From Anthoceros angustus (Eukaryota; Plantae; Anthocerotophyta), in contig MU008150.1 of assembly GCA_010909165.1 (NCBI GenBank), positions 248,001 through 312,000 on the forward strand: a DNA stretch of 64,000 nucleotides, read 5' to 3'. The translations under genes and the position numbers were made by a program. Within the stretch, counting starts at the first letter, position 1. Each line of letters begins with the position of its first letter. Of the stretch, positions 61,868 to 64,000 are shown one piece after another. A model generated the notes under the pieces. It was not told the origin of the DNA, made no database searches, and saw only the letters and a program-made list of their open reading frames with translations.

Positions 61868-62819
61868 TTTCTCTCGCCCACTTCCGGCTAAGGTTTAGGG
61901 TTGCATCTTCTCATGGGCGTTTGTGTGCCCTTGCATCATGCATCATTGCATCATGAGGTTGTCCTCAGTGGCTTGGATGCCCATGCCATCAGATGCTATG
62001 TGACGGAGGCCCGGGGGAGTGACGAGAAATGACACAAAGGGACCCTAAACCCGTGCCTATGTTGAGCCCCTTATGCAGCACGATGCACAAGCCTTACTTC
62101 CATGTTGTAGCCACGGTGCATGAGAAGCAGGCGCAGCAGGCGAGGCCTTGGTGAGAGCGAACCACTGTGAACCAAGCCCCATCGCCCAAAAATTTGTGTC
62201 TTGGTCGCGTGTTAACATGTATGTGTGGTCATCGGAATCTTGAAACCCTAAAGAACAAAACATCTCCATGACACAATGGGAATACCAGACTCTCTTTAAG
62301 CTTAATGATTTCACATTTCTGTAGATAAATGATTTTACTAGAGAGTTTCTTGGTTATAGACAAGCATTTTAGCCAATCTTATATATATGGCCATCACAGG
62401 CTGCAATCCATGAGTATGTGTGCTGCCACATGGGTGCATATATGTGGAACGCAGGGGGCCCTTGCAAGGTTCTTGGCCTTTGTGAAAATTCTTTGTTTTT
62501 GCAACTAGGTGGGATGATCTTGAAAGTGGTAACTCATGAGGTATGATGTTCATATACTAAGTAGTAATTGGGGTGTAAACTCTATAAGTCATTATGATAG
62601 TTTGAAGTTGAGAACCGCTAATTGCTTTTAGCTGCTTGAGAACTTAAGAAACATGAGATTTTAAATCACTATGCAATGATAAATATCTACAATGATAAAT
62701 ATCTACTACAGACTAATTGGAACTATTGAACCTCAGCTATTAGGCAGGTGTAACTGTGTTGAGCGTTTTAATCTAATCTATTTTATTTATTTTGATCATT
62801 ATTTAAAATATTACCCTTT

Positions 62820-62935
<116 letters not shown>

Positions 62936-62984
62936 CACAGACTTTATAAATATGCGAGATGGAAAGTCCCATCTTTGGCGAGAC

Positions 62985-64000
62985 TTCCCAATCTTAGGGG
63001 CCATGCGATAATAGAGGTTGGAAGGAGACCCATAAAAGGAGCGGACAAAGGGAATAAGGCTGGCCAACTGCCCACCTGTGTTCTTGAGCTCGTCGAAGAT
63101 GGCCGACCGTGAGACAAAGTTAAAGGCATTCTCCACGTCGACCTGAAGAGCAACCCAATTAGGGTGGGTCTCGAGAACCGCCTCCACCCCAAAAGCCACA
63201 GACTCGCAGCCCCCCGGCGTTGCAATCCCAAACTGATAAGGACTAAGATGGGCCTAGAACTGCTCCCGGAGCTGGATGGCAATACTACGACCAATAAGCC
63301 GCAGAAACGCCTCCCCGACAGCGATAGGATGCACCCCAGGGGTGGGCTCCTCCATCGCTAACAACCTGCTTGCACCCAACACTTGAGAGATCCGAGGAGA
63401 AGTCTCCCCCCTCGCCACAGCGGCAGCCAAAAGAAACAGCTCAGAAAAACCGCTAGAAGGATCCTCAGGAGTAAAATGGTCCCGAAGGTGGTCATATACC
63501 ATTCCAGACAGGCCAGCAAGAGGCGGCGGGGCGGTGGAGCAGCCTGTCAAGCAGAAGAGCTTCTGGGACAAAGTCCGAATATCACAGCAAGTGGAGCTCC
63601 TTGGGCCCGGATGAAGGGCGCGAAGGGCAGCAATGGTCTCCTCGGAGGCAGCCGCCATCGGCACCGGGCGAAGAGCCTGAGCCGCCCTAGCATACTCCCC
63701 AGTGCGACCCAGTAGGAGGCACCGTTTGAGACACACCTTTGCAGGGTCCGGACGAACCTGATCCACCTTTGCAGAATCCAACCGAGACCTCGCTGCGCGC
63801 CCGGCCTCCTCCTGCAAAAGCTCCCAATCCCTCGCCGGAAGCAGCGAGGCGGAGGCAACCTCCGATGCGGAAAAACCACCAGGGGCGGCGGAGACACCAC
63901 CAGGAGAAATAGGAACAAGGCCCAGGCAGCCTCGTCCCCCGGGTCCTGTGCAAGGCGGTCCAAGGGAAGGTGATAGGCAAGGCGGACATCGTCCTGAAGG
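62985..64000 (-). mobile_element. Degenerate non-LTR retrotransposon reverse transcriptase fragment, CRE/SLACS-like (RLE-type) clade; continues beyond the window end
   Basis: TGEYARAAQAL, AGLSGMVYDHLR, GVHPIAVGEAFLRLIG, F*AHLSPYQFGIATPGGCE and LQVDVENAFNFVSRSAIF correspond to early RT subdomains. There is an in-frame TAG at ~63254-63256 and no QGDPL/YADD segment. Confidence 0.85.

Noticed and set aside
61610-61956. Periodic ORFs (VCVQSLC... / MIHTNFAHKLLT...) and possible CRISPR-like array
   Set aside because: Pure 36-bp tandem minisatellite with no unique spacers, eukaryotic context and no cas genes.

Overview
Gene-dense nuclear DNA from a land plant, about 50% GC with short GT-AG introns. 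The compact layout suggests a non-seed plant such as a hornwort or other bryophyte (inference). Thirteen intron-containing or single-exon protein genes are supported. In order: a 5'-partial membrane J-domain protein (+), a ZFC3H1/Red1-like zf-C3H1 protein (-), ubiquilin DSK2 (+), a GH35 beta-galactosidase (+), an unusually long class I HD-Zip (-), an At1g75140-like membrane protein (-), OGG1 (-), an F-box/kelch protein (+), a full-size ABCG/PDR transporter (-), an LdpA-like 4Fe-4S protein (+), a nitronate monooxygenase-family protein (-), PWP1 (+) and a LEA-like orphan (-). A fourteenth, TOC34 (-), is broken by 1-2 bp losses in homopolymer or dinucleotide runs, probably long-read errors. The window ends in a decayed non-LTR retrotransposon RT abutting an (AT)n tract. 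A ~1.05 kb near-perfect tandem duplication lies upstream of the HD-Zip gene. The most striking observation is the ABCG transporter: a two-exon PDZ-like domain sits between NBD1 and TMD1, and both composite ATP sites look degenerate (Walker B E->Q, both signature motifs altered, H-loop QH swap). Exon boundaries were placed by eye and are approximate.
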